Source of the DNA: Nitrospirota bacterium
Lineage (GTDB): Bacteria > Nitrospirota > UBA9217
DNA length: 64,000 bases
Assembly (NCBI GenBank): GCA_029858565.1
Contig: JAOUEV010000002.1
Span: 102,428 to 166,427, forward strand
Direction: 5' to 3'
Position numbers and translations under genes: made by a program. This document shows positions 27,286-37,550 of the stretch, piece after piece; positions within the stretch are counted from its first letter, which is position 1, and every line of letters begins with the position of its first letter. The notes below the pieces were generated by a model. It searched no databases. It was not told the DNA's origin and saw only the letters and a program-made list of their open reading frames with translations.

Positions 27286-28697
27286 CTTGATGTCCCGAGT
27301 GAGACCGCTGCCCTTGCGTACGCGGCCAGCTCGTTCATGGACCGCACCTTGGAGAGCCGATTGAGGATATATCCGGGCCGCAGGTAGTACTTCCTGACGG
27401 CCTTGTGATGGAGACCGTCAATCTCCTGCCTGGTCAGAGTGTGGCCTTTGACGACCGCGGAACCGTAAGCATATTCGAACAGGCAGCTGTCAGCCGGGTC
27501 CTTGGTTCCGAACAGTCCGTTCTCGACCGCGTACCGGAAGAATGCCGTGCCCGGGAAGGGCGTGGCAACGAAGAAGTTGGCGAAGTCGGTCCTCAGGTCA
27601 CGGGCCAGTCGCATGGTCTGCTCCGCGGTCCCGGTCGTCTCCCAGGGGAGGCCGGTCATGTAGTAGGCAAAGGAAGCGATGCCCGTGCCGCGGATGAGCC
27701 GCACGGAATCCCTGATCTGCTCCACGGAAACCTTCTTGCCGATCTTGTCGAGGATCTCCTGGCTGCCGCTCTCGATGCCGAGGCTGATGAGCGAGCAGCC
27801 CGCCTCCTTCATGAGCGTGAGCGTTCCCTGGTTGATGTTGTCCGCCCGCATGTTCGAGGCCCAGGTGAACCGCAGGCCCGATGCACGGATTGCCTGGCAA
27901 AGCCGCCTCACCCACCCGTCGTCGAAGTTGAAGACATCGGACCAGAAGATGAAGTCCTCGATTCCGTAGGTCCGCAAGCAGTGCCGGACCTCGTCGAGGA
28001 TGTTCTCCGGGCTACGCATCCTGACCTTGCGGCCCGAGACCGGCGTTGCCAGGCAGAAAAAACAGTTGTACGGGCAGCCGCGGGAGCACTTGATGATGCC
28101 CTGGGGCCTGCCCTTGTCCGGCCGGACATAGCGACGGTTATCGATGAGGTGGCGTGCAGGGAACGCCAGGGCATCGAGATCGCTCTGGAACGGCGCATCA
28201 TCGTTCCGGAGGACCTCTTCGCCCCGTCTCCAGGTTATGCCGTGAACCGTTTCCAGGGACTCCCCGGAGACGATCCTTTTGATCAGCGGCTCGGGCTCAC
28301 TGCGCAGCAGAATGTCCACCTCGGGATGGGCCCGCAGGACCTCACGGTCAAAGACCAGGAAATGAGCTCCCTTGGCGATGATCGTCAGGCCCGGCAGGGC
28401 CTTTTTCGCCTCCCTGCATACGGTCAGGTCGGCCAGGAGCGTTGGTGTCGTCGTGCTCAAAACCAGAAGGTCCGGCTTATATTCACGCAGGATAGCTGTA
28501 AATGCGGCCATATCAAGTCTGCTTGCCGGACAGTCCAGGACCTGGCACTCAGCCCCGGCAGCCTCTGCGGACGCCGCCATGTACAGGAGGTCTGTGGGCG
28601 GAAGGGTCGGCGCGATCGGAACTTTACCGGTCGGGACCTGGCATCTGTCCTCGCGGTTAATTAGCCCGGTAGGCGGATATGCAAAGAGAACCTTCAT
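27282..28697 (-). CDS. B12-binding (class B) radical SAM enzyme
   Basis: N-terminal cobalamin-binding-like domain (LVLSTTTPTL). Radical SAM cluster CSRGCPYNCFFC. ~470 aa. Confidence 0.85.
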   Translation of the reverse strand: MKVLFAYPPTGLINREDRCQVPTGKVPIAPTLPPTDLLYMAASAEAAGAECQVLDCPASRLDMAAFTAILREYKPDLLVLSTTTPTLLADLTVCREAKKALPGLTIIAKGAHFLVFDREVLRAHPEVDILLRSEPEPLIKRIVSGESLETVHGITWRRGEEVLRNDDAPFQSDLDALAFPARHLIDNRRYVRPDKGRPQGIIKCSRGCPYNCFFCLATPVSGRKVRMRSPENILDEVRHCLRTYGIEDFIFWSDVFNFDDGWVRRLCQAIRASGLRFTWASNMRADNINQGTLTLMKEAGCSLISLGIESGSQEILDKIGKKVSVEQIRDSVRLIRGTGIASFAYYMTGLPWETTGTAEQTMRLARDLRTDFANFFVATPFPGTAFFRYAVENGLFGTKDPADSCLFEYAYGSAVVKGHTLTRQEIDGLHHKAVRKYYLRPGYILNRLSKVRSMNELAAYARAAVSLGTSR

Positions 28698-28700
28698 AGC

Positions 28701-30119
28701 TCAATCCTGGATCGGAAGGCGGCCCACGATACGAGACCGTTCCCGCATGGTCTCCGCGTCTATGTTGCCGGCCAAATAGTCAGCGACGAGGAAACCTTTG
28801 CCGATAGCATTGTGTGCGTTGTTGTAATCGCTTGAGGCCTCTCTTCCACAGAGGACTATGCCGGAATTTTCAAAGAAAGCCTCGATCCTGTCCTGGGCCT
28901 GATATCGCTCATGGTTCAGCACGGGATATGCACCCGGGCAGCGAACGTTGAACGCCCGGAGGATATCGTTCCTGCCGAACCATCCGAGCTCGAGGACAGC
29001 CTCGGTAAGCACCTGGTCGAACTGCTCATTTGACATAGTATCATAACGGCTGCCGTGATCGCAAATAACATCGCACAGGATGATCGCCTGCCCATCAGGG
29101 CAGAGTTCGGGTGAGAACTGGTCGAATGAAGATAGTCTGTTGAAAATGATATGTTCTTCCGGGAATATGATCACCCTCGCCGGGAGCTGGAAATTCCTGA
29201 CCGCAAGGATGCCGAGCCGCATGGTTCTGGACGGGAAAGCTTCGGCGAGCGGCATGATGGGCGAGGCAAGCGGGGCGGCAAGGTATCCGATCAATGTCCT
29301 GTTGGATATCGTGCTGACCATACGATCGGCGACCAGGTGGTGCTCGCGGCCGTTCTTTTCGTAGGAAATGTGGAAGGGGCCTTTGATCGTCTCTGCCTCG
29401 ATCCGCCTGATGTTCGCGGTGAGCTCGATCACCTGCCCCTGTGACCGGACGAATTCTGCCATCGCATCGGGGATGCGGCCGAATCCCTGCCTTGGGTAAT
29501 AGAACATGCTGACGCCGGGAAGCGACCGACCCCTCAAAAATCGCTTCAGCATTGTGCCAATCGTCGGAAGTTCGAAGCGGATCCGGGCAAAATCCTCATG
29601 CAGGTCTTTTGTTCCCCAGACCTTCCTGATCATCGGAAAGGCGACCATTTCGCTGAAAGGCCTGCCGAAGGAATGCAGGATGATGTCCTCAAAGGTAGTG
29701 TTATCAGTCCGGCGGGAGCTGAGCATTCTGAGAACGGCCTGTGAGCGGGCACGCAGCCAGCCTGCGGCGAAGACCGTGGTAAATTTCAGGCTTGATGCAC
29801 TGCACATGTTCCGGAGTTTCGGGGGATAGGAGTATACGGTCCCGTTAAAGTAGACCCCGTGCTCATTCTCCAGTTCGAGGAGGTCAATTCCCGGCAGTCC
29901 GCGGATCTTCTCCACGATGCCCGGGAGCTGCGGTGAGAGGCGATGCGGGCCGATATCGAATCGGAGACCGTCGTGCTCCAGTGTTCGTGAAAGCCCTCCG
30001 ACTGCCGGCGCTGCCTCAAGCAGGGTCACCTCGAGGTTCTTGCGCCCGCATAGGCCCCAGGCAACGGAGAGGCCGGAGCATCCAGCACCAATGATAACGA
30101 TCCGTGTCTTGTGCATCAT
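28701..30119 (-). CDS. FAD-dependent oxidoreductase (amine-oxidase/PPOX/UDP-galactopyranose-mutase-like fold)
   Basis: Dinucleotide-binding motif IVIIGAGCSGLSVA...LLEAAPAVGG at the N-terminus. GPHRLSP resembles the UGM GPHIF segment. Precise subfamily not resolved. Confidence 0.7.
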   Translation of the reverse strand: MMHKTRIVIIGAGCSGLSVAWGLCGRKNLEVTLLEAAPAVGGLSRTLEHDGLRFDIGPHRLSPQLPGIVEKIRGLPGIDLLELENEHGVYFNGTVYSYPPKLRNMCSASSLKFTTVFAAGWLRARSQAVLRMLSSRRTDNTTFEDIILHSFGRPFSEMVAFPMIRKVWGTKDLHEDFARIRFELPTIGTMLKRFLRGRSLPGVSMFYYPRQGFGRIPDAMAEFVRSQGQVIELTANIRRIEAETIKGPFHISYEKNGREHHLVADRMVSTISNRTLIGYLAAPLASPIMPLAEAFPSRTMRLGILAVRNFQLPARVIIFPEEHIIFNRLSSFDQFSPELCPDGQAIILCDVICDHGSRYDTMSNEQFDQVLTEAVLELGWFGRNDILRAFNVRCPGAYPVLNHERYQAQDRIEAFFENSGIVLCGREASSDYNNAHNAIGKGFLVADYLAGNIDAETMRERSRIVGRLPIQD

Positions 30120-31531
30120 GATCTTCCGCCGAGCAGCATCTTGACTCCCATGCCGATCTTGCGGCCTAGCTGGCCGAACCGGAGATGGGTGATATCGCTC
30201 CAGGCTTCCTTGGCCACAAAGGAGGGGGCGAGATAGAACTCCCGCATCAGGCCGTCCCGGATGTCCGTGAAGGCCCTGTCCAACGCATCGCCCCGCCAGG
30301 ATGGCAGCCGGAAATCCTTGACCGGGTGCAGCACGAATTCCTGCCAGTGGTCCCGGTCATAGACGCCGCTCTTCACGAGCTCGAAATAGAAGTCTGAGAA
30401 GGGGACCGGCAGGAGCGTGTTCATCAGGATGAAGTCCGGCTTGATGAGCTTGATAAAATCGCGAGTTGTCCAGGCCTCCTCGGGGGTCTGGTTCGGGAAC
30501 CCGATGATGAAATAGGCCAGGGACTCCAGCTTGTGGCGGTGCAGGATCTCGAAACCGCGGAGGATATCGTCGACCGTGGTTCCCTTGTTGATGTACTGCA
30601 GGATCCTCGGGTCATGGCTTTCGACCCCTGCCGTGAGCCGGAAACAGCCGGCCTCCTTCATGGCCGCTGCCATCTCGTCGTCAAAGGGCTTCAAACGGGC
30701 CCTCGTGGACCAGCGGAACTTCAGGCCGCGCTGAAGGATCTTGGAGCAGATCTCGTTGACCCGCGATTTGCTGATGTTGAAGGTGTAGTCCAGGATGTGG
30801 ATCTCGTCGAATCCCAGCGACAGGATCTCCTCGATCTCGTCCACGATCCGGTCGGCGCTCTTCGTCGCGTAATACCGGGGCACGTTGCAGAAAGTGCAGC
30901 GGAACGAGCAGCCCCGCGACGCGGTCATGGTGGTCATGACATGCCGGTCCGAGAGGGAGACGTATTTCCTGATGTCGAGCCGCTTCCGGTCCGGGAAGGG
31001 GAAATCATCCATGTTCTTGAGGGGATTTGTCCGGGTGGATCTCACCGAGCCGTCCGGCCCCCGGTAGTGCAGATTATCCACGGCGGAGATATCGCCGGTC
31101 CTTCCCGATGCGTACCACTCCACGAAGCGCGGGAAGGTCTGCTCCGCGGGGCCGGTCAGCATGAAGTCGAAGACCGGGTGCGTCATCGTTTCGGAAGGAT
31201 AGAGGTCGGTATGGGTGCCGCCCACGATGATACCGGTCTCCGGCAGGAACTGCTTCACGTCGGCGGCGAGCCTGACGACCCCGTAGAACCGCTCCGTGAC
31301 CGCCGAGATGCCGAGCAGGTCGGGCTTTTCCCGGAGGATGTTCTCGAGCAGGGTCTGGTAGGGCGTATCGTGGGCATCGTAGAGGATGACCTCGTGCTCG
31401 GGACCGATGTTCCGGACGATGGAGAGCAGGCCGAGGGGCGGATACTTGATGAAATCGTCAAGTACATACTGGGGATTGTAATTGAGCACCGATTCCCCTT
31501 CTCGGGGGCTGATGGTGAGGATGATCTTCAT
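30116..31531 (-). CDS. B12-binding (class B) radical SAM enzyme
   Basis: Radical SAM cluster SRGCSFRCTFCNV. B12-like N-terminal domain. Start at MKIILTI (Met18 of the listed ORF), overlapping the upstream gene stop. Confidence 0.8.
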   Translation of the reverse strand: MKIILTISPREGESVLNYNPQYVLDDFIKYPPLGLLSIVRNIGPEHEVILYDAHDTPYQTLLENILREKPDLLGISAVTERFYGVVRLAADVKQFLPETGIIVGGTHTDLYPSETMTHPVFDFMLTGPAEQTFPRFVEWYASGRTGDISAVDNLHYRGPDGSVRSTRTNPLKNMDDFPFPDRKRLDIRKYVSLSDRHVMTTMTASRGCSFRCTFCNVPRYYATKSADRIVDEIEEILSLGFDEIHILDYTFNISKSRVNEICSKILQRGLKFRWSTRARLKPFDDEMAAAMKEAGCFRLTAGVESHDPRILQYINKGTTVDDILRGFEILHRHKLESLAYFIIGFPNQTPEEAWTTRDFIKLIKPDFILMNTLLPVPFSDFYFELVKSGVYDRDHWQEFVLHPVKDFRLPSWRGDALDRAFTDIRDGLMREFYLAPSFVAKEAWSDITHLRFGQLGRKIGMGVKMLLGGRS

Positions 31532-32745
31532 CGTGCTCTGCCTGATATTCCGGAAACGGTCCGTCGGATGATCCTGTCCCAATCGATGCGCGACAGGAGG
31601 TCCTCGGCGATGAGCTTGTTCCCCCGATCGCCAAGATGGCAGCGGTCATAGAACAGCTCGGGGCGTGCGTCGAACAGCCGTGAATGGTCGATGAAGGTGA
31701 ATTCCTCCTGTTCCGAGAGGCCGCCGGCCCCGTGCGCCAGTGATGCGTACAGAGGGGACACCTTCGACCGCTCTTGCTCCCGGACAGGCTGCAGCACATA
31801 AGCGTAAGGGATCTCGCGGGCCTTCAAGTAGGAACTGACGATTCGGATATTTTTCAGTGCCTTTCGGGGGTAGTCGGAGGCCTGAAAATTCTCGCCGGCC
31901 TTTGTCATGATAAGATCGAACATGTCGCGGCCGTGATTGAACAGCTCGTATTCCTCGATCGCGTAGAGAAAATATTCGCCGTCAACGTCATATTGATTGA
32001 GCAGGTCGGTTTTTCTCAGGTGGACCTGGAACAGGTCGTTGTGGCCGGAATAGGAGATGATCATGTCGGGTTCGTACTCGGTGATGCGATTGAAGATCCA
32101 TGTCCGCTCCTGGGTCGAGGTCCATCCGCCGGCTGCCGCGGTTATGACCTTGATGTCCGCGCCCTCGTACCGTTCGCGAAGCGCCTGCTGAAGATATCCT
32201 GCGATGGTATGGTCCGTATCGGTAGCAAAGGCCCCCCATGCGGTCGAACCGCCGGTCAAAAAGACGCGAACTTCGTTCTCCTTCTTCCTGCCGAGATCGT
32301 CCGGATAGCGGAACTGCTGGTAGTTGTGGAATACCAGACCGTTGATATCACCTGCTGCCGGCGCGTAGGTCGTGAAGGGATCGGGCACCATCGTGGTGTG
32401 CACCACCACCGGTCTGGTCGGTTTCTCAAAATAGAGGGCCGCAGGCAGTTCTTCAGGGAATCGTACGACCATGAGCGGATGATTGGTCTTTTCGGGCAGG
32501 GGATTCTCCTCATAGATATGGATCTTCCGCGTTCCGCTGGAGTAATAGAGCGGTTTGTCCTTCCCGAGTTCGAAGAGGCGGGCAGCGATCCTGTCGGAGA
32601 CGGCGCGTACCCGGACGAACAACAGGCCGTGATGTCCCCGCAGGATATAGCTGGGGTATACGGAAAAGATAAAGATGCCTGTGAGCAGGGTGACGGGGAC
32701 CCAGAGGGCAGCGACCAGAGCGTATTTGATGAATTTCCTGCGCAT
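31528..32745 (-). CDS. membrane-anchored SGNH/GDSL-family hydrolase
   Basis: N-terminal TM helix. Block I-like FLTGGSTAWG. Block V DRCHLGDRGNKLIAE (DxxH). Confidence 0.65.
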   Translation of the reverse strand: MRRKFIKYALVAALWVPVTLLTGIFIFSVYPSYILRGHHGLLFVRVRAVSDRIAARLFELGKDKPLYYSSGTRKIHIYEENPLPEKTNHPLMVVRFPEELPAALYFEKPTRPVVVHTTMVPDPFTTYAPAAGDINGLVFHNYQQFRYPDDLGRKKENEVRVFLTGGSTAWGAFATDTDHTIAGYLQQALRERYEGADIKVITAAAGGWTSTQERTWIFNRITEYEPDMIISYSGHNDLFQVHLRKTDLLNQYDVDGEYFLYAIEEYELFNHGRDMFDLIMTKAGENFQASDYPRKALKNIRIVSSYLKAREIPYAYVLQPVREQERSKVSPLYASLAHGAGGLSEQEEFTFIDHSRLFDARPELFYDRCHLGDRGNKLIAEDLLSRIDWDRIIRRTVSGISGRAR

Positions 32746-32847
32746 GAATATCCTTGGACAATCGAACCATTATAACACGCTGAGACGCTTTCGGAAAAGG
32801 ATAGAAAGGCCGTCCCCGCGAGGAAGCTTGAGACGAGGAAATTAGCC

Positions 32848-33555
32848 TTGACGGACACCGTTCATGAACGGTACAATCAACCACGCCTGCGCGCCCGGAC
32901 GTTCCTGCGCCGGAGCAGAGGCGACCTGCCGGGACAGAAGGGCACCAGGAACGGAATGGAAGACCAGGAACGGACAGCAGGGATCCACGGTGACGAGCGC
33001 GCTGGAGCACAGGCTGTTCTCCCTGCCGTGCTGGGGCTGCTGCTTGCTCTTATCGTCTCCTTCGGCGCTCATGGCGGATATGAACATTTCCGTTTCTATG
33101 CCCACGGGTATCTGCGGCAGCAAGAGACAGCAAATGTTGAGGCCACCATCAAGCTTTTCAGCAGCTCTGTTGCGGGTTTCTACGCCACAGGATATACCGT
33201 CGGTCTCAAACAGTTCCCTGCCGACAACATGGTCAAACGACGGATCTTCCAGGACATCAGGAACTGGGAGGAGTCAGGCAAGTTCTTTGTCATGGACCGG
33301 GACCGGATCGCGGTGAGGAACGTGGAGTTCCTCGCGCCGGACATGGCGGTGGCGCTGGTCGATGAGACCTGGTTCAGCGTATTTCAGAACCGGTCGACCC
33401 GCAGGCCGATCTCGGAAAAACAGGCGAACATCCTCACGGTCCGCTATTACCTGAAGAAGAAGTGGGGCCGGTGGATCATTTTCGAATACGAGGTTTTCCC
33501 GCAGGGGAAGCCGCTCCCGCCTGTCCCTGTTGACATGGTGCTGAAATGGGAATAG
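32848..33555 (+). CDS. hypothetical membrane-anchored protein
   Basis: Single TM helix (AVLPAVLGLLLALIVSFGA) followed by a ~150-aa soluble domain. Start is ambiguous (32848 or Met37 at 32956). No recognisable motif. Confidence 0.45.
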   Translation: MTDTVHERYNQPRLRARTFLRRSRGDLPGQKGTRNGMEDQERTAGIHGDERAGAQAVLPAVLGLLLALIVSFGAHGGYEHFRFYAHGYLRQQETANVEATIKLFSSSVAGFYATGYTVGLKQFPADNMVKRRIFQDIRNWEESGKFFVMDRDRIAVRNVEFLAPDMAVALVDETWFSVFQNRSTRRPISEKQANILTVRYYLKKKWGRWIIFEYEVFPQGKPLPPVPVDMVLKWE

Positions 33556-34589
33556 ACTTCGGCACATACCGACGGCCCTCACGCGTGTTTGTGCTCATCA
33601 CGACGGTATCCTACCTCGCGGGTTATGTCCTGCTGCGGTACTCAGGGCTCTTTTCGCTCCCTCCGGAAAATATCTTCCGGGCGCTCCATGCCTGGCCCGC
33701 GCTGCTCGGCGCCGGGATGCTCGTCCTGGTCGGGGCTGCGGGGTTGGCGGCGCTGCGGTCGAGAGCCGGGGAGGACCCTATCCGGCTCTCCGGCAATCTC
33801 GCGGCAGGGGCAGGCTGGCTGGGACTCCTGTTGATCGGTGCCGGCATCGTGACCAGCAGCTTTACGAGGTTCGAGGGCAGCGTCACGCTTCACGAGTCTC
33901 AGGAAGCGGCGCTCGCGGCCACGGTCTATGATGCGGGAACGCTCTACCGGCGCAGGTTCTCGCGGGAGCCGAACGGCGGCATCCTGATGGAAGCTGTTGC
34001 ACCCTTCCCGCAGGCAGGCGGACCGGTAGTACGGGGATTTTCAGCGGAAGCCCGCCTTCGGAAAGACCCGGCCTCTCCGCCACGTGCTCTCAAGATCGGC
34101 TCCCTGTTCCCGGCCATGGCGGACGGCTTCCTGTTCCGGATTGCGGAGGCGGGGTATTCCCCCCACCTGTTCCTTTTCGATCTGAGCGGGAACAGCCTCC
34201 TGGATATCTACGCCATCATGCGGCTGTACCCGCCGGGAGCGGAAGACTCGTTTCGCTTCGACAAGATCATTCCGCATACGTTCTACCTGAGGTACTATCC
34301 TGATGTGTCGCTCCTGTCCTCCGCAACGGGGACCGTCGGGATCAGGTCCGGGCCTGCCTACGAGGTGCGGATCGTGCGCAATCTCGACCTGCTCGCTGAC
34401 CGGTACGCAGCACCGGACGAGCTCATCCGTTTCGATTCCCTGTTCCTGTCCGTGGGTGACAGCAGGCGATGGGTGAGGATTACGATCGTCAGGGATCCCG
34501 GGATGGTCCTGCTGCTCGCAGGTCTTGTCCTGACCATCCTCCGGGCGATCAGTCTTGGGATCAGGAGGACGGAAACCATCCGCTATTGA
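33546..34589 (+). CDS. membrane protein, possibly a short ResB/Ccs1-like paralogue
   Basis: Topology: three N-terminal TM helices, a soluble domain, and a C-terminal TM helix. C-terminus RWVRITIVRDPGMVLLLAGLVLTIL resembles the conserved ResB terminal segment (..vkdPG..lvylGfvll.lG). Confidence 0.4.
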   Translation: MGIDFGTYRRPSRVFVLITTVSYLAGYVLLRYSGLFSLPPENIFRALHAWPALLGAGMLVLVGAAGLAALRSRAGEDPIRLSGNLAAGAGWLGLLLIGAGIVTSSFTRFEGSVTLHESQEAALAATVYDAGTLYRRRFSREPNGGILMEAVAPFPQAGGPVVRGFSAEARLRKDPASPPRALKIGSLFPAMADGFLFRIAEAGYSPHLFLFDLSGNSLLDIYAIMRLYPPGAEDSFRFDKIIPHTFYLRYYPDVSLLSSATGTVGIRSGPAYEVRIVRNLDLLADRYAAPDELIRFDSLFLSVGDSRRWVRITIVRDPGMVLLLAGLVLTILRAISLGIRRTETIRY

Positions 34590-34635
34590 CGACGCGGAAA
34601 AGGGAAGGGAGCGGCTGTCCAGGGTAGTCCGAAAA

Positions 34636-34680
34636 GAAAAGCGCCTCCGGTCCTTCCTGGAGGCGCTTTTTTCGTATGGA
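34636..34680. terminator. bidirectional rho-independent terminator between convergent genes
   Basis: Hairpin gcgcctcc-ggtccttcct-ggaggcgc with ttttttcg downstream on the plus strand and a T-run (aaaagaaaa on plus) on the minus strand. Coordinates approximate to +/-2 nt. Confidence 0.7.
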
Positions 34681-34687
34681 GCCGGTC

Positions 34688-35113
34688 TCAGGGCTTGACG
34701 AGGAACCACAGGCCATCCATCCCATGGCCCTTTCTGTCTCCCGGCTTCTTGTCCCCGGCGAAATTATAGAGCGGCATGCCCTTATAGGCCAGATGATCCT
34801 GGTCGTTGTCGGTGCGGTGGAAGGATACGAAATCCGACTGCTTGAGCCCCCTGGACAGGGATATCTCCTCGGCCGTATAGCAGTAGACCGGCCAGGTTTG
34901 CGTGCAGGAACCCGTGCATTCGCTTTTTCCGGGTCCGTCCTTCTTGTAATAATACAGCGCCCGGCCGTTGGAGTTCGTCAGGTACTTCCCCAGCTTCTTG
35001 TCGACCGCGATCTTGACCAGTTCCTTTTGCTCCTGCGCGGCAGCGATGCCTGCCATTGGCCCTGCAAGAAACAGAACTGCCACGATCGCCCCCACCACAG
35101 CTTGTTTGCTCAT
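34688..35113 (-). CDS. secreted lipoprotein_15/COG4315-family repeat protein
   Basis: Signal peptide, and two copies of the family motif G.xLYx(F/Y)xxD: GRALYYYKKDGPG and GMPLYNFAGDKKPGD. Confidence 0.7.
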   Translation of the reverse strand: MSKQAVVGAIVAVLFLAGPMAGIAAAQEQKELVKIAVDKKLGKYLTNSNGRALYYYKKDGPGKSECTGSCTQTWPVYCYTAEEISLSRGLKQSDFVSFHRTDNDQDHLAYKGMPLYNFAGDKKPGDRKGHGMDGLWFLVKP

Positions 35114-35231
35114 ACGTGCCCCCTCATGTGCTCTCTGAAAGATCGTCCATCGTACGGAATAAGCATATCATACTGTTTCTAAACTGTCAAAACCACGGTC
35201 CTGACGCGGTCCTGAACGGGCATGGCGGTTT

Positions 35232-37505
35232 TCACCTCCCCTTCAGGGAATCCCGAAGCATAGGGTATTCTTTCTTCGCGAGCGGGTGCCCGGCCTTTGC
35301 CGCCGTGCGCAGCACCCGGAGCGCTTGCACTGGATGTCCATACTGCCGCAATACCATGCCATGCCAGTACAGGGACTCCCGGGAGCCGTCCTGCGCCCAG
35401 CGGCCAAAGAGGCGCAGGATGGGGTCATCAAGGATGATCAGCGGCGGATGCGCGCCGGCAGTGGACAGATAGAGCAGAGCGCCCTCCCGGTACCGTCCTG
35501 CCCTGCTCAGCGCGGCAGCCAGGTAGATCTTTCCTTTCACATAGTCCGGCTGCAAGGCAGCGAGCCGTGCAAGATGGTCAACAGCCTTCTGCGGCTCATC
35601 GCTCTCGAGGCACGCACGGCCGAGGAAGAGGTGTCCGTCCGCATCGTCATAGTACCGGAAAAGGCGCTCGACAGGGGCTTCCTCGCCGGTCATGCAGCCG
35701 AGCAAGGCGAGGACCTCGGGATCACCGGGACTCCTCCGGAGCGCCTCGCGCAGGTACTGAACGGCTTCCTCGCGCTTCTTCCGGAGAGTGGCTATGCGGC
35801 CGAGGTGGTAGAGCGGCTCCGGGTTCCGGCCGTTCAGGGGATCGAAGCGGATGCCTTCACCGGCCAGCGCCGTCAGGAGGTGCTCAGCCTCGTCCAGCCG
35901 GCTGAGCTCGATCAGCAGCAGCGCCCGGTCAAACCGCGCTGAAGGGGTATCCCCGCTGCGCGAGGAGAGCAGATCGACGGCGCCGGCGAGCAGCGTTGAC
36001 GAGTCCGCAGTCAGTCCGGCCGGCCTGCCGGATCCCATCCTCCATGGGGAGGCCGCAAGCATTTGGGCGGTCTTTTGGAGCGCTGTTGGATGGTCAAGTG
36101 CGTCGCGTGCCTGCATCGCCTCCGGAAGGAGGGACGCTGTTCGCGCAATACCCTCCCAGAGGTGGCGATCATCGCGCATGCGGTCGCTTGGGAGCGACAG
36201 GACGAGCGCAAGGGGCAGGAAGACGCTGATGGCGACGAGCCTGCCGCGTTTATGGGTTAGGAGCCATGACAGGCCGAGAACGGCAAAGTAGATGAAGAAG
36301 GGGTAGAGGCCCACCCGCTGCCGGTCCGTTGCATAGGTCAGGGCCATGAGGGCTGCCTGGTTAAGGAAAACCGCATAGGCGAGGAAATGCTGTCTCCAGG
36401 AAAGGGAAGCGGCTGCCATGCCCACGAGCGCCAGGGCGGAAAGCGGGGCAAAGGGGAAGAACGGCATGCCGCGTTTCTCGAGGACCTCGTCCGCGGACCA
36501 GGCGGTCGCAAGGTCGTACCATCGGTAGCTGTGGAACAGGAGGAAGAGGCGGCGGGCCGTGAGCGCAAGGAACCTGCCCGGATGGTCCGACAGGTAGGCA
36601 GCAGCCTTCCCGGCCCAGAACCTGTTCGCCTCGGTCGGGGAAATGCTGCTCCCGGCCACGGCCCGGGCCACCTGGCGGTAGACGGCATGCTCGTAGTCGC
36701 TCTCCCCCGGGAACTGGTCAGCCATATCATTGATGAGCGGGGGGTAGGCTGCCCGCGTGCCCTCGGACAATGGATTGTTGCCGTCGAAGAAGACGGTGCC
36801 CGGGCTCATGAACCACAGGGAGACCTGCCCCTGGAGGAGGTAGTTCCTGATACCGATGAACAGGAACCCCATGATCACGGGGAGGAGGAAGAGCATGATC
36901 CCGGGCAGCGCCTGCCGAAGGCCCCGGTGGCGCAGGACGAAGTACAGCGGCACGATCAGGATCAGGGGAAAGAAGGTAGGACGCGTCAGGATGCAGAGGG
37001 TCAATGAAATGCCTGCAGCGGCCGCGCTCAGGGGATCCCGCCGGCCGGCGAAGTAGACTAGCGCCACCAGGAAAAAGAGCATGAAGGGCTCCGGTTCGAA
37101 GACATACCCGAAGATCACCACGCTCCTGCTGAGCAGGAGCACGACGGCGCCTCCCAGGGAGAGGGCGCGGCCGGCATGGCGGCGGAGGATCAGGTAGGTG
37201 AGCGCGGCGGCGAGCGAGAGGACACTGATATGCATCCAGAGCATGGTCCCGAGGGGGTCCGCCATGAACCGGAACGCGGCGATGTGGAGGCCGAGATAGA
37301 GGGGGCTGAAGTCCAGGAGCCGCTCGGGAGCCATCGCGCTGCCGAGGTACTGCAGGGCGGCTGTGGGATACTTGGAGAACTGGCTCGCGGCGTCCTGGAG
37401 GCCGAATATCTGCAGGGAGAAGAGGAGGGCCGCGGCGAGCGCGATCGCGGACGCGATGAGGCGATCGTTGCGGCCTGCCGCTCGCTGTTCTGGGGTCAGC
37501 TCCAT
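35232..37505 (-). CDS. polytopic membrane protein with C-terminal TPR repeats (possible GT-C-like or polymerase/ligase-like)
   Basis: Roughly 12 predicted TM helices in the first ~450 aa, then TPR-like helical repeats (LYHLGRIATLRKKREEAVQYLREALRRSPGDPEVLALLG). Lacks the DD..Y motif of the TMTC-like paralogues. Confidence 0.6.
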   Translation of the reverse strand: MELTPEQRAAGRNDRLIASAIALAAALLFSLQIFGLQDAASQFSKYPTAALQYLGSAMAPERLLDFSPLYLGLHIAAFRFMADPLGTMLWMHISVLSLAAALTYLILRRHAGRALSLGGAVVLLLSRSVVIFGYVFEPEPFMLFFLVALVYFAGRRDPLSAAAAGISLTLCILTRPTFFPLILIVPLYFVLRHRGLRQALPGIMLFLLPVIMGFLFIGIRNYLLQGQVSLWFMSPGTVFFDGNNPLSEGTRAAYPPLINDMADQFPGESDYEHAVYRQVARAVAGSSISPTEANRFWAGKAAAYLSDHPGRFLALTARRLFLLFHSYRWYDLATAWSADEVLEKRGMPFFPFAPLSALALVGMAAASLSWRQHFLAYAVFLNQAALMALTYATDRQRVGLYPFFIYFAVLGLSWLLTHKRGRLVAISVFLPLALVLSLPSDRMRDDRHLWEGIARTASLLPEAMQARDALDHPTALQKTAQMLAASPWRMGSGRPAGLTADSSTLLAGAVDLLSSRSGDTPSARFDRALLLIELSRLDEAEHLLTALAGEGIRFDPLNGRNPEPLYHLGRIATLRKKREEAVQYLREALRRSPGDPEVLALLGCMTGEEAPVERLFRYYDDADGHLFLGRACLESDEPQKAVDHLARLAALQPDYVKGKIYLAAALSRAGRYREGALLYLSTAGAHPPLIILDDPILRLFGRWAQDGSRESLYWHGMVLRQYGHPVQALRVLRTAAKAGHPLAKKEYPMLRDSLKGR

Positions 37506-37550
37506 GGGGTACCGTCCTTTGTGCGCCCGAGAGCGGCAGGGCCGCCCGCG

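Noticed and set aside
28701-30119. Naming the FAD protein UDP-galactopyranose mutase (glf)
   Set aside because: Only the dinucleotide-binding fingerprint and a short GPH segment match from memory. Length (472 aa) and the rest of the sequence do not let me distinguish UGM from amine-oxidase or desaturase-like relatives without a search.
30533-32775. Plus-strand ORFs of 372 aa and 333 aa antisense to a B12-radical-SAM gene and an SGNH hydrolase gene
   Set aside because: Same pattern: compositionally biased translations, no recognisable domains, and they overlap strongly supported minus-strand genes end to end.
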